Origin: Actinomycetota bacterium
GTDB lineage: Bacteria > Actinomycetota > Actinomycetes > S36-B12
DNA: 64,000 bases
Reading direction: 5' to 3'
Assembly (NCBI GenBank): GCA_029977425.1
Contig: JAPOKX010000001.1
Coordinates: forward strand, 11,813 to 75,812
In this document: positions 39,022 through 48,815 of the stretch, piece by piece
How the letters are laid out: each line of letters begins with the position of its first letter
How positions within the stretch are numbered: position 1 is the stretch's first letter
Position numbers and translations under genes: made by a program
The notes under the pieces: model-generated
Seen by the model: only the letters and a program-made list of their open reading frames with translations
Told to the model about the DNA's origin: nothing
The model's database searches: none

Positions 39022-39746
39022 CCCCCGAGCAGGACGAGGAGGAATCCTCCGATGGCCGCCGCAGCCGCCGTGACCGCGGCGCCCCGGAGGGCCGTGTCAG
39101 CGCCGGGAAGGCGGTATTCCAGGCGCAGCGCCGCCTCGGGGCCAGGGGACGCGTCGGTCCGCATGAGCACGAGCGTGAGCCCATTGAGCTCGTCCGCGGG
39201 CAACTCAGGCGCCGCGCCGGTGGCCGAGCGGACCCAGAAGTCCTGGTCCAGCGGCGGTGCGGGATCGCCGGTGCCTGGCACGGACACTGTGGGCCAGTCC
39301 CCTGCGTCCTTCACCGCGACGGAGTACGGCGTGCCATCGAGATAGTCGTTGACGGCCTCGACTGGGGCGACGCCGACGAAAGCCTCCCCCTCCGAGGGCG
39401 TCGCGACCAGCGCGACGCCTCCCAGGTCGGAGGCGAGAGCGGAGATGTCGGTCCGGGCCAGCGCCAGGGCGCCGGCCATCCACTCAGGTGCCTCCGGTGC
39501 GACCAGGCGGGCGCTCACTCCGTCCACGACGACCGCGCGGTCGTCGGGGGCGGCACGCAGCACGCCCAGTTGCGCGGTGACGATCCCCGATCGGCCCACG
39601 CTGGCCTCGATCGTCGCCGCGGTGATTGCCGCGGGGACCGCACCGATCATGAGGAGCGTGCCGAGCGCGGCCAGGCCGATGCCCGCCGCGAGCCGGATGG
39701 CTCCCCACGTGCTCAGGCGCGATGAGTCAGAGGCGAGTGAGCTCAT
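38985..39746 (-). CDS. Bitopic/two-TM membrane protein of unknown function
   Basis: The start was trimmed to the ATG at 39746 (ATGA overlap with the upstream lipoprotein gene). It has an N-terminal TM (AIRLAAGIGLAALGTLLMIGAV) and a C-terminal TM (IGGFLLVLLGGWLVV). I recognise no family. Confidence 0.5.
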   Translation of the reverse strand: MSSLASDSSRLSTWGAIRLAAGIGLAALGTLLMIGAVPAAITAATIEASVGRSGIVTAQLGVLRAAPDDRAVVVDGVSARLVAPEAPEWMAGALALARTDISALASDLGGVALVATPSEGEAFVGVAPVEAVNDYLDGTPYSVAVKDAGDWPTVSVPGTGDPAPPLDQDFWVRSATGAAPELPADELNGLTLVLMRTDASPGPEAALRLEYRLPGADTALRGAAVTAAAAAIGGFLLVLLGGWLVVGRRSRAQ

Positions 39747-40939
39747 GCCCTCGGGGCCACGGTGAGGATTCCGAGGCACATCTCGTCGGTCGTCCCCTCG
39801 CCCCACGTGATGTAGCGAGGATCCGTGTCCGCCAGAGCGGGGAGCTGGCTGCGCAGCTTCGCGTCATGGGTGCACGTCACGGTGAGCGTGTCGCCTGCAT
39901 CCAGGTCGAAGGGCTTGGGCAGCGGGCGGGCTCCCTGGTTGTCGAAGTCCCACGTGTCGATATCGAGGAGCGTCTCCTCCTGCGGAGTGCCCTCGTTCGC
40001 GACGATCGTGATCTCGCGTCCCAGCAGGTGCATGTGGCCCGCCGACGCATAGACGGTCACGGGCTGCTCGACGTCATGCGTGCATGATTGGGTCGCCCCG
40101 GCCCGCGGCTCGACGAGGTCCCCGTCGCAGATGAGCTGAAGTCCCCAGATGGTGCGCAGCGATTCCCCGCCGAATCGCTCGATGGTGTCCTCCACGGCGG
40201 CATCGCGGTCGCAGAGCGGCCCCTCTTCCTCCGGAAGGCAGGGCAATTCGACGGGTGCCGGCAGGAGCATCGTCTCGAGGGGACGCAGGTCCGAGTCGCC
40301 CGGGACAGTCCGCAGGCGCACGGAGGTGCTGTCGGGACCCTGGCCCGCGAGCAGGTTGTAGTGGACCTGGAGGATGACGCTGCTGCCCTTCTCGAGGAAC
40401 ACGCCGGTGCCCTCGGGGTAGCGGGCCTCGCGACCGCCGGGAGCCCATGCCGCGAGCAACGGGGCGGAGTCGAGCGAGCGCACGGCATCGCCGCCCACAT
40501 TGGGTAGGTCCGGACCTCCGAAGCAGCTCCAGCCCTGCCCCGGGTCGTCGGCGTCCCGCTGCTGTGCCGCTTCGATCTGCTGCGAACGGACGCGGTAGAG
40601 GATCGCGTGATGGACCACCGCCGGGTTGTCCGGCATGAAGCGCACGCCGGTGATGAAGCGATCCTCCTGCACTCCGGTGTCGAGGAGGAAGCAGCGGTAG
40701 TCGTCCGTGGAGGTGCCCTCGCTCGCCGGCGAGTAGGGCTCCACGAGGCCCACGGTCACGATGCCCTCGGAGTCCATCTCCCCCGTGGTGGCCGGGGCCT
40801 GGTCGCCGGACTCCGGCGCCGCCGCGGATGAGGAGGCCGCCGGTGCGGGCTCGGGTGCTGCCCCCGGCATGGAGGAGCAGGCAGCGAGCAGCCCGGCGGA
40901 GGCAAGCGTGGCCGCGACGGACGCGAGGAGGCGGGGCAT
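39743..40939 (-). CDS. Lipoprotein with a PHM/DBH-like (copper type II ascorbate-dependent monooxygenase-like) ligand pattern
   Basis: 398 aa. The signal peptide ends in the lipobox LLAAC (Cys21) and is followed by an Ala/Pro/Ser linker. The candidate ligands are VVHHAILY (H110, H111), LQVHYN (H193), GHMHLLG (H302, H304) and TDEMC (M387). Confidence 0.6.
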   Translation of the reverse strand: MPRLLASVAATLASAGLLAACSSMPGAAPEPAPAASSSAAAPESGDQAPATTGEMDSEGIVTVGLVEPYSPASEGTSTDDYRCFLLDTGVQEDRFITGVRFMPDNPAVVHHAILYRVRSQQIEAAQQRDADDPGQGWSCFGGPDLPNVGGDAVRSLDSAPLLAAWAPGGREARYPEGTGVFLEKGSSVILQVHYNLLAGQGPDSTSVRLRTVPGDSDLRPLETMLLPAPVELPCLPEEEGPLCDRDAAVEDTIERFGGESLRTIWGLQLICDGDLVEPRAGATQSCTHDVEQPVTVYASAGHMHLLGREITIVANEGTPQEETLLDIDTWDFDNQGARPLPKPFDLDAGDTLTVTCTHDAKLRSQLPALADTDPRYITWGEGTTDEMCLGILTVAPRA

Positions 40940-40966
40940 CCGGTCATGCTACGGGTCTTCGCGGCT

Positions 40967-41785
40967 TCAGGCGTCCCGACGGCACCGTGAGCGCGCGTAG
41001 CAGGCGACGGCGGTTGCGGCCGCGACGTTGAGCGAGTCCTCCGGCGAGGCCATGGGGATCCGGCAATGGAGGGTGGCTCGGGCCAGCGCGACCGGGCTCA
41101 GGCCTGGACCCTCCGAGCCGACCATGAGGGCCACGTCCTCATCCGCCGTCTCCTGCATCGCATCCTCGAGGTCGCGCTCACCCTCAGGCGTGAGAGCCAC
41201 CAGGCGTCGGCTCTCCGCGAGCAAGTCGAGCGTGGCCTCCCAGTCGTCGCTGCGCGCCCAGCGACACCTCAGCACCGAGCCCATCGACGACTTCACCGCG
41301 CGTCGGTAGAGGGGATCCGCGCAGCCCGGGGACAGGATGACGCCGCGCACGCCCTGCACGACGGCCGACCGCACGGCGAGTCCGACGTTGGTGGGGTCGA
41401 CGAGGTCCTCCAGGACCAGGATGTCGCGCTCCATGCCGAGGACATCGGCAACGGTGAGCCTCTCCGGTCGTGACACGACCGCGAGGGCTCCACGGTGCAC
41501 GCGGTAGCCGGTGATGTCCCGGAGGACGGACTCCTCTGCAACGAGGACGGTCACGTCGGTGGACTCGAGCGAGGGCGCCAGGCGATCGAGCCAGCGCTCC
41601 GACGTGAGCACCGAGCGAAAGCGCAGGCGCAGGCTGGCGCAACGCTCGATGATGAGGTGGCCCTCTGCCATGAAGAGCCCGCGATCGGCCTCGATGCGCT
41701 GGCGCAGGTCCATGTCCGTGAGCTGGAGGTAGTCGACGACGCGGGGATCCTCGGCGTTTGCCACCGGGACGGGGTCGATTCTCAT
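40967..41785 (-). CDS. TrmH/SpoU-family RNA 2'-O-methyltransferase
   Basis: The start was trimmed to the ATG at 41785 (MRIDPVPV). Carries the SPOUT motifs LEDLVDPTNVGLAVRSA, LMVGSEGPGLS and IPMASPEDSLNVAAA. Confidence 0.85.
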   Translation of the reverse strand: MRIDPVPVANAEDPRVVDYLQLTDMDLRQRIEADRGLFMAEGHLIIERCASLRLRFRSVLTSERWLDRLAPSLESTDVTVLVAEESVLRDITGYRVHRGALAVVSRPERLTVADVLGMERDILVLEDLVDPTNVGLAVRSAVVQGVRGVILSPGCADPLYRRAVKSSMGSVLRCRWARSDDWEATLDLLAESRRLVALTPEGERDLEDAMQETADEDVALMVGSEGPGLSPVALARATLHCRIPMASPEDSLNVAAATAVACYARSRCRRDA

Positions 41786-41795
41786 TGCGTGGCGC

Positions 41796-43282
41796 TCACG
41801 GCGCTTGCGAGCCCCGGTCGGCCTCTTGCGCGAGGAGCTCGTCGCGGTCCGCGAGGCGCTCGAGCCCGCGCACCGGCTGGGCCATGCGGGGATGCTTCCT
41901 CCACTCGTCCGCATGGCGCGCGATGAACGCCCAGTAGCCCGCTGTCACCGGGCAGGCCTGGTCGCCCACGCGTCGGTCCGGGCGGTAGGCACAGCCGCCG
42001 CAGAAGTCCGTCATGCGCTTGATGTAGGCGCCTCCGGCCGCATACGGCTTGGATGCCATGCGTCCGCCGTCTGCGTGCAGCGCCATCCCCACGACGTTGG
42101 CTGCCATCACCCAGGGATAGGCGTCGACGTAGTTGGCCGTGAACCACTCGGTCACCTCGCGGGGATCGTAGGCGCGCTGGAGGGCCCAGTTGCCCAGCAC
42201 CATCAGCCTGAGGATGTGGTGGTTCCAGCCGCGCTCGCGCACCTCGCGCAGCGCCGTGGCGATGCACCTGGCCTGGACCGCATCGGCATCGAGGTCCCGG
42301 AACCACTCAGGCAGCGGGACGCGGGCATCCAGTGCGTTGGACGTGCCGACGTAGTCCGGACCGAAGTGCCAGTAGAGATGCCAGACGTAGTCACGCCAGC
42401 CCATCACCTGACGCACGAACCCCTCTACGCTCGCGAGGGGCGCATCCCCCCGATCCCCCGCAGACACGACCGCGTCGATCACCTCCCGAGGGTCGAGCAG
42501 GCCGAGGTTCATGGGGACCGACAGCAGTGAGTGGGCCATGCTCCAGTCGCCCGTCAATGCCGCATCCTCGTAGGGGCCGAAGGCGGGGAGACGGTGCTGG
42601 ATGAAGTCCGCAAGTGCTGCCAGGGCTTCGGCGCGCGTCACGGCGAAGCGCCTCGGGCCATCCTCGCCGGAGAAGGCGATCCCCTCCTGCTCCCACCGGT
42701 CGAGATCGGCTCGCACGCCGGCGTCGATGTCGTCCTCCACCGGCCACGCCGGCTCGGGCAGGCCCAGGGTCACTGCTCCTCGCGGGGGTGGCAGGCGGTT
42801 ATCCGAGTCGAAGTTCCAGCGTCCCCCCTGCGGCTCCTCACCTGCCATGAGCACGCCGGTCCGACGGCGCGCCTCGCGGTAGAAGTCCTCTTGGCGAAGC
42901 TGTCGGCGACCGTGAGCCCATTGCTCGAAGTCCGACTGCGAGGTGATGAAGCCGCGAGCGGGCAGCACATCGGCGTCGAGCTCCCTCACGAGACGGCGAG
43001 CCGCGTACGACGTGGGATCCACGACGCTGACGTTGTCCGCCTGGGCCTTCACGGCATCGCGGTAGCCCTCCGCCTGGACGTAGACGCAACGCGGCCCGAG
43101 TTCGGCGGCGCGATGGCGCAGCGCAGACAGGATGAGGTGCGCCTTGGCGCGGTGGTAACGGCGTCGACGGAATGCGGATTGCGATTCGATGAGGAGCACC
43201 GGCTCGACGCCGTCATCCCCCGGCGCGTCGGCAGGGCCCAGGAAATGCGGGCCCAGCTGGTCGGCGAAGAGCCATCGACGCA

Positions 43283-43283
<1 letters not shown>
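41796..43283 (-). CDS. Cryptochrome/photolyase-family protein of the Fe-S bacterial (6-4) photolyase type (FeS-BCP)
   Basis: The start is set at the ATG at 43283 (MRRWLFADQLGPHF, 1-nt TGATG overlap). An alternative ATG is at 43307. Four Cys are spaced C-x87-C-x2-C-x12-C (RCIATAL...FCGGCAYRPDRRVGDQAC). Confidence 0.8.
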
Positions 43284-44068
<785 letters not shown>

Positions 44069-44098
44069 GACGACAACCTAGCCGGATAGCGTCGGCAC

Positions 44099-44761
44099 AT
44101 GCCTGGCGCATCCCTCGAGGTCTTGTCGCCCGCGTGGCGCGCGGGCCGCGCGTCTGCGTGTGTCGGCGCGCTTCTTCAGGGGCGTGCGGCTGCAGATGAC
44201 GTACTCGATCACCTGTCCGGCGTCGGAGAGCCCCCCGGGGGATGGTGGGAGGCTCTCGGCGGCGCACGCGCAGCAGGCGGCGTGATGCTCCTCCTGCCCC
44301 GACCCGGTGATCCGCGCGGTCTCGCGCTTCCGCGCGGGATCGCTGCCGAGGCCGCTCTCGGATGGACAGTGGGATCGGGGACGATCTGGTTGATTCCCGA
44401 CGCGCCCTCTGGCTGGAGCCGCGTCGACGGGCCCCAGCTCACCGCCGCTCCCCTGCACCCTGACGAGGCGATGCGAGGCCTCCGCAAGGCCATTGTCGAT
44501 GCGGCTCACTCCGTGGACGCCCGGGAACTCGATGCCCGCGAGGGGGATACGCGCGCACGCCAGGACCAGGAATCGCTGGTCGATTCCTGGGTGCTCGGTC
44601 CCCCAGCCTTGCCGACAGCGACGAGGCATCTTGCTGCCATGGGCTTGCGCATGCTTCTGGCCCTCGACGATGCGCGCGCTCTCGTGGACACCCTGCCGCT
44701 GGAACAAGCCGCTCGCAGCGCGGTCGAGTCCGCATTCACCCGCACGGCGACGCCTGGCTAG
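44099..44761 (+). CDS. Hypothetical protein with no recognisable motif
   Basis: A 220-aa ORF that fills the gap between the ABC ATPase and serB. Its composition is protein-like. The opposite-strand ORF 44078..45073 overlaps serB and looks like a shadow. Third-codon-position GC appears weaker than in the neighbouring genes. Confidence 0.4.
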   Translation: MPGASLEVLSPAWRAGRASACVGALLQGRAAADDVLDHLSGVGEPPGGWWEALGGARAAGGVMLLLPRPGDPRGLALPRGIAAEAALGWTVGSGTIWLIPDAPSGWSRVDGPQLTAAPLHPDEAMRGLRKAIVDAAHSVDARELDAREGDTRARQDQESLVDSWVLGPPALPTATRHLAAMGLRMLLALDDARALVDTLPLEQAARSAVESAFTRTATPG

Positions 44762-44770
44762 GCTCGCGGC

Positions 44771-45964
44771 GTGGACGGCACCCTCCTCGCCATCCTCAGC
44801 GGCCGTGATCGGCCCGGAGTGACCGCTTCGCTCTTCGATGCCCTCCGGCTCACGCCCTGCGAGGTTCTCGACATCCAGCAGATCGTGGTGCGCGGTCGCC
44901 TCGTGCTCGCCGTCCTCCTCGGGCTCAGCGCCGACGCTGTCGGCGACACGCGGGCGATCATCCATGCAGAGGCGTCGCGCCTGGGCATGGAGGTGGAGAC
45001 AGTTCCCGGGGCAAGCATCGCCCGCAAGGATCCTGAGCGCCGCCGCATCCATGTCACCGTGATGGCTCGTCATCTACCCCCGGGCGCGGTCGCCGAGCTT
45101 GCGCGCACCATGGCCGAGCGCGGGTGGAACATCGACCGCATCCGGCGCATCGCCTCCTACCCCGTGACCGCGGTGGTCTTCGAGGGGTCCGGTGAGGACA
45201 TCGCCGACCTGCGGCGTGAGCTCTCCGAGGCGGCGCCGCGGCTCGGAGTGGACGTGGCGGTCCAGCACGCGGGGCTCGACCGACGCGGCCAGCGTCTCGT
45301 CGTGATGGATGTCGACTCCACCCTCATCCAGGACGAGGTCATCGACCTCCTTGCCGAGCGCGCCGGCGCCCTGGCGGAGGTGGCCGCCATCACCGAGCGC
45401 GCCATGCGCGGCGAGATCGACTTCGCGGAATCCCTGAGGCAGCGCGTGTCACTGCTCGCGGGTCTCCCTGTCGATGTCCTCCAGGACACCGCGAAGCGGA
45501 TTCGTCTCACGCCCGGGGCGCGCACGCTGTGCCGCACGCTACGCCGCCTGGGCTTCCGCGTCTGTCTCGTGTCAGGTGGGTTCCGCGAGGTGATCACCCC
45601 ATGGGCAGAGCTCCTGGAGGTGGACGGGCTGCGCGCCAACGCGCTCGAGGTCCGCGATGGCGTCCTCACCGGGGAGGTCCTCGGGCCCATCGTCGACCGG
45701 GAGGGCAAGCGCGAGGCACTCGAGGACTTCGCCCGCGAGTTCGACATCCCCCTCGCGCGCACCATCGCGATCGGCGACGGGGCCAATGACCTGGACATGC
45801 TCGACGCCGCCGGCCTGGGCATCGCCTTCAATGCCAAGCCTCTCGTCCAGGCGGCCGCCGACACCACCGTCAACGCGCCCTATCTCGATTCCGTTCTCTA
45901 CCTGCTCGGCATCACCCGTGAGGAGATCGAGGAGGCAGATGCGGAGTCGCCCGCACCCCGCTAG
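44771..45964 (+). CDS. serB: Phosphoserine phosphatase SerB (ACT domains plus HAD domain)
   Basis: 397 aa with a GTG start. It has an N-terminal ACT-like region and a HAD core with VVMDVDSTLIQDE and IAIGDGANDLDML. Confidence 0.9.
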   Translation: MDGTLLAILSGRDRPGVTASLFDALRLTPCEVLDIQQIVVRGRLVLAVLLGLSADAVGDTRAIIHAEASRLGMEVETVPGASIARKDPERRRIHVTVMARHLPPGAVAELARTMAERGWNIDRIRRIASYPVTAVVFEGSGEDIADLRRELSEAAPRLGVDVAVQHAGLDRRGQRLVVMDVDSTLIQDEVIDLLAERAGALAEVAAITERAMRGEIDFAESLRQRVSLLAGLPVDVLQDTAKRIRLTPGARTLCRTLRRLGFRVCLVSGGFREVITPWAELLEVDGLRANALEVRDGVLTGEVLGPIVDREGKREALEDFAREFDIPLARTIAIGDGANDLDMLDAAGLGIAFNAKPLVQAAADTTVNAPYLDSVLYLLGITREEIEEADAESPAPR

Positions 45965-46455
45965 CCCCGCGGGACGGCGAATGCCGCAAGTTCCACCGCC
46001 CCCGGGCGGTCCCAGGCTCCCGGCACGAGCAGCACGGTGATCCCCGACGTCGGGTACTTCGTCATCAGCCGCGCCCGCGCCGACGCATCGCCCCCTTGGG
46101 CGACAGAGAGGGCGAACTCCTCGATCCCCGGGTTGTGACCGACCACCAACGTGATCGACGCGTCTGGTGAGAACGCCGCCATCACGTCTCGCAGGCCCGA
46201 GCCCCAGTCCTCATAGATCCGCGGGTCCTCTCGCACCGTTCTCGCATCCACGCGCGCGGCCACCCGCGCCCACGTCTGCTGCGCCCGCCGTGCCGGAGAT
46301 ACGGCGACCTCGTCCAGCCGAGGATAGGCAGCGGCAATCCATGCGGCCGCCGCGTCGGCGTCGCGCTCTCCGCGGGGCGCGAGGGGACGGTCGCGATCGG
46401 GGACCCCGGCGGGGTAGTCCGACTTCGCATGCCGCATGAGCAGCAGCGTGCGCAC
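45961..46455 (-). CDS. Histidine phosphatase-family protein (SixA-like)
   Basis: The start was trimmed to the GTG at 46455 (VRTLLLMRHAKSDYP), 2 nt after the inhA/fabI stop. Carries the RHA and VGHNP motifs. Confidence 0.7.
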   Translation of the reverse strand: MRTLLLMRHAKSDYPAGVPDRDRPLAPRGERDADAAAAWIAAAYPRLDEVAVSPARRAQQTWARVAARVDARTVREDPRIYEDWGSGLRDVMAAFSPDASITLVVGHNPGIEEFALSVAQGGDASARARLMTKYPTSGITVLLVPGAWDRPGAVELAAFAVPRG

Positions 46456-46457
46456 GC

Positions 46458-47225
46458 TCAGGCCCCCTGAGAGTGCACGCCTCCGTCGACGTGCACGATC
46501 TCCCCGGTGGTGGCGGGAAACCAGTCCGACATCAACGCGACGCACGCGCGTGCCGCCGGTCCCGGATCGTCCAGGTCCCAACCGAGCGGCGCCCGCGTCT
46601 GCCACACCGTCTCGAAGTCCTCGAAGCCCGGGATGCTCTTCGCTGCCATCGTCCGGATAGGCCCCGCGGCCACGAGGTTGACTCGGATGCCTGCCGGGCC
46701 GAGGTCCCTGGCGAGATAGCGCGCGGTCGATTCCAGAGCAGCCTTCGCCACGCCCATCCAGTCGTACGTCGGCCACGCCACGGTGGCGTCGAAGTCGAGG
46801 CCGACGAGCGAAGATCCTCGGGCAAGGAGCGGGCGGCTGGCGACTGCGAGCGACTTGAGCGAGTAGGCGGAAACCTCGAGGGCCGTGCTTACGTCCGGCC
46901 AGGGCGTGTCGAGGAAGCGCCCTCCCAGGGCCGACTCGGGGGCGAAGCCGATCGAGTGGAGCACGCCGTCGAGGCCGTCGAGGTGCTCGCGCACCCGCGC
47001 CGCCAGTGCGTCGAGATCCTCCGACGAGGTGACGTCGAGCTCGATGACCGGTGCTTCCGACGGCAGTCGGGATGCCGTGCGCCGCGTGAGGGAGAGAGCG
47101 CGGCCGAACGACGTGAGCACGACATGCGCGCCCTCTTCCTGAGCGAGCCGCGCCACGTGGAAGGCGATGGACTGATCCGTGAGCACACCCGTCACCAGGA
47201 TGCGCTTGCCCTCGAGAATTCCCAT
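46458..47225 (-). CDS. fabI: Enoyl-[acyl-carrier-protein] reductase (NADH), FabI/InhA
   Basis: 255 aa. Carries GILEGKRILVTGV and YDWMGVAKAALES (Y-x6-K). GGAGAGGAG lies upstream of the ATG. Confidence 0.9.
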   Translation of the reverse strand: MGILEGKRILVTGVLTDQSIAFHVARLAQEEGAHVVLTSFGRALSLTRRTASRLPSEAPVIELDVTSSEDLDALAARVREHLDGLDGVLHSIGFAPESALGGRFLDTPWPDVSTALEVSAYSLKSLAVASRPLLARGSSLVGLDFDATVAWPTYDWMGVAKAALESTARYLARDLGPAGIRVNLVAAGPIRTMAAKSIPGFEDFETVWQTRAPLGWDLDDPGPAARACVALMSDWFPATTGEIVHVDGGVHSQGA

Positions 47226-47238
47226 GTCCGCTCCTCTC

Positions 47239-47282
47239 CTCAGTGACCCACGTACTCAGTGACCCACGTACTCAGTGACCCA
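47239..47282. repeat. 16-bp tandem repeat, about 2.75 copies (TCAGTGACCCACGTAC), spanning the fabG stop codon and the fabG-fabI spacer
   Basis: Units lie at 47240-47255 and 47256-47271, with a partial unit at 47272-47282. Each copy carries the reverse complement of the fabG terminal GGTCACTGA. Confidence 0.9.
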
Positions 47283-48006
47283 TGCCGAGGCCGCCGTCCA
47301 CGGGAATGACCGCCCCGTTGACGTAACCGGCTCCCGGACCTGCGAGGAACGCAGCCACCGCCGCCACTTCGTCCACGGTGCCGTAGCGCCCCGCGGGGAT
47401 CTGGCCCAGGATGGTCGCGCGCTGCTCCTCGGAGAGCGCGGCCGTCATGTCGGTGTCGATGAAGCCCGGTGCGATCACATTCGTCGTGATGCCCCGCGAG
47501 CCGAGCTCGCGGGCCAGGCTGCGGCCCGCGCCGATCAGGCCCGCCTTGGCGGCCGCGTAGTTGACCTGGCCCGCCGACCCCAGCGCCCAGACGACGCTCG
47601 ACAGCAGGATGATCCGGCCCTCGCGCGCCTTGATCATCCCGCGAGCGACGCGGCGGGCACAGCGGATCGCGCCGACCAGGTTCGCCTGGATCACCGCCTC
47701 GAGGTCGGCATCGTCCAGGCGCACCAGGAGCGTGTCCCGCGTGATGCCCGCATTGGCCACGAGGACGCCCACCGGCCCGTGTTCGGCCTCAACCCAGTCC
47801 ACCGCGGCATCGACCGACTCCGTGCTCGTCACATCCATGGCCACCGCCGCGAGGCCCTCCGGGGCCTCGCCCGAGCGGCTACCCACGATCACGTCATGGC
47901 CGGCCTCACGCAGTCCGCGAGCGATCGCCAGTCCTATGCCCCGGTTCCCACCGGTGACGAGCGCGATCACGGGTCTCCTCTCCGTGCGCCCTCCCGGCGC
48001 CATCAC
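47272..48006 (-). CDS. fabG: 3-oxoacyl-[acyl-carrier-protein] reductase FabG (MabA-like)
   Basis: 244 aa. Carries VTGGNRGIG and the catalytic NYAAAKAGLIG motif. It lies upstream of fabI/inhA, as in mycobacteria. Confidence 0.9.
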   Translation of the reverse strand: MMAPGGRTERRPVIALVTGGNRGIGLAIARGLREAGHDVIVGSRSGEAPEGLAAVAMDVTSTESVDAAVDWVEAEHGPVGVLVANAGITRDTLLVRLDDADLEAVIQANLVGAIRCARRVARGMIKAREGRIILLSSVVWALGSAGQVNYAAAKAGLIGAGRSLARELGSRGITTNVIAPGFIDTDMTAALSEEQRATILGQIPAGRYGTVDEVAAVAAFLAGPGAGYVNGAVIPVDGGLGMGH

Positions 48007-48068
48007 GACCAGACGCTAGTGGTCCCCGGCTGCCTCCGTGACAGCGACATGCATGGGAGCATTCCGGC

Positions 48069-48767
48069 ATGGCGCAGTGGGAGCTGAGGTCGGGGACGAG
48101 CGTCGATCGCCTGCTCTTCTTCTCGGACGCGGTCGTGGCCGTGGCCATCACGGTCCTGGCACTGCCTCTCTTCTCCATACCCGGACCGAAGCCCGGGGAG
48201 ACGGTCGTCAACGTCATTGCATCCAACTCAGGCCAGATCATCACCTTCGTCGTGACGTTCCTCGTCATGGCCGTGATGTGGAACATACACAACAGGGTCA
48301 TGAATTCACTGTGCGCTTACGACGCAGTCGTCTTCTGGCTCGCCATCGCCTGGCTGATCGGCTTCGTCTTCCTCCCCTGGCCGTCGACGATGTACGGCGC
48401 AGGCGACCACTGGGGCTCCACGAGCGTGAGCCTGTTCACCAGTGACGGGACTGGCGCCCTCTACTGGTGGACCATGGCCTACATCAGCGGCGTCGGCACC
48501 CTCGCATCGATTTACATCAACCGTCACCCGTACCTGATCAAGCCGAATGACCGCTCCTACTGGGCAGGGCTCGTCAAGACGCGCGCGCGTCTGCGTGGGG
48601 CGGCGTTCTTCATCGTGTTCGTGATCGCGGGCCTGGCGACCCTCGTCTACCCCTTCCTCGGCTACTGGTCACTTCTCCTCATCTGGCCGCTCAACCTGAT
48701 CCTCCAGCCCAGCAAGGCCCAGCGCGGCAAACTGGAAGCCCTGAGATCCCAGGGGCAGGAGGGCTGA
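48069..48767 (+). CDS. TMEM175/DUF1211-family putative K+ channel
   Basis: 232 aa. Carries the RLLFFSDAVVAVAITVLALPL signature (RxxxFSD on TM1) and six predicted TM helices. Confidence 0.7.
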   Translation: MAQWELRSGTSVDRLLFFSDAVVAVAITVLALPLFSIPGPKPGETVVNVIASNSGQIITFVVTFLVMAVMWNIHNRVMNSLCAYDAVVFWLAIAWLIGFVFLPWPSTMYGAGDHWGSTSVSLFTSDGTGALYWWTMAYISGVGTLASIYINRHPYLIKPNDRSYWAGLVKTRARLRGAAFFIVFVIAGLATLVYPFLGYWSLLLIWPLNLILQPSKAQRGKLEALRSQGQEG

Positions 48768-48815
48768 GCGCTGCCTCGTCCTGCGGGACCCCGGAAGCCG
48801 TCGTAGCGTAGGGGC

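Noticed and set aside
44078-45073. A 331-aa minus-strand ORF covering the hypothetical gene and the serB start
   Set aside because: It overlaps the well-supported serB 5' end. The product is His/Arg/Gly-rich without structure-like segments. The plus-strand 44099..44761 frame is preferred, with low confidence.
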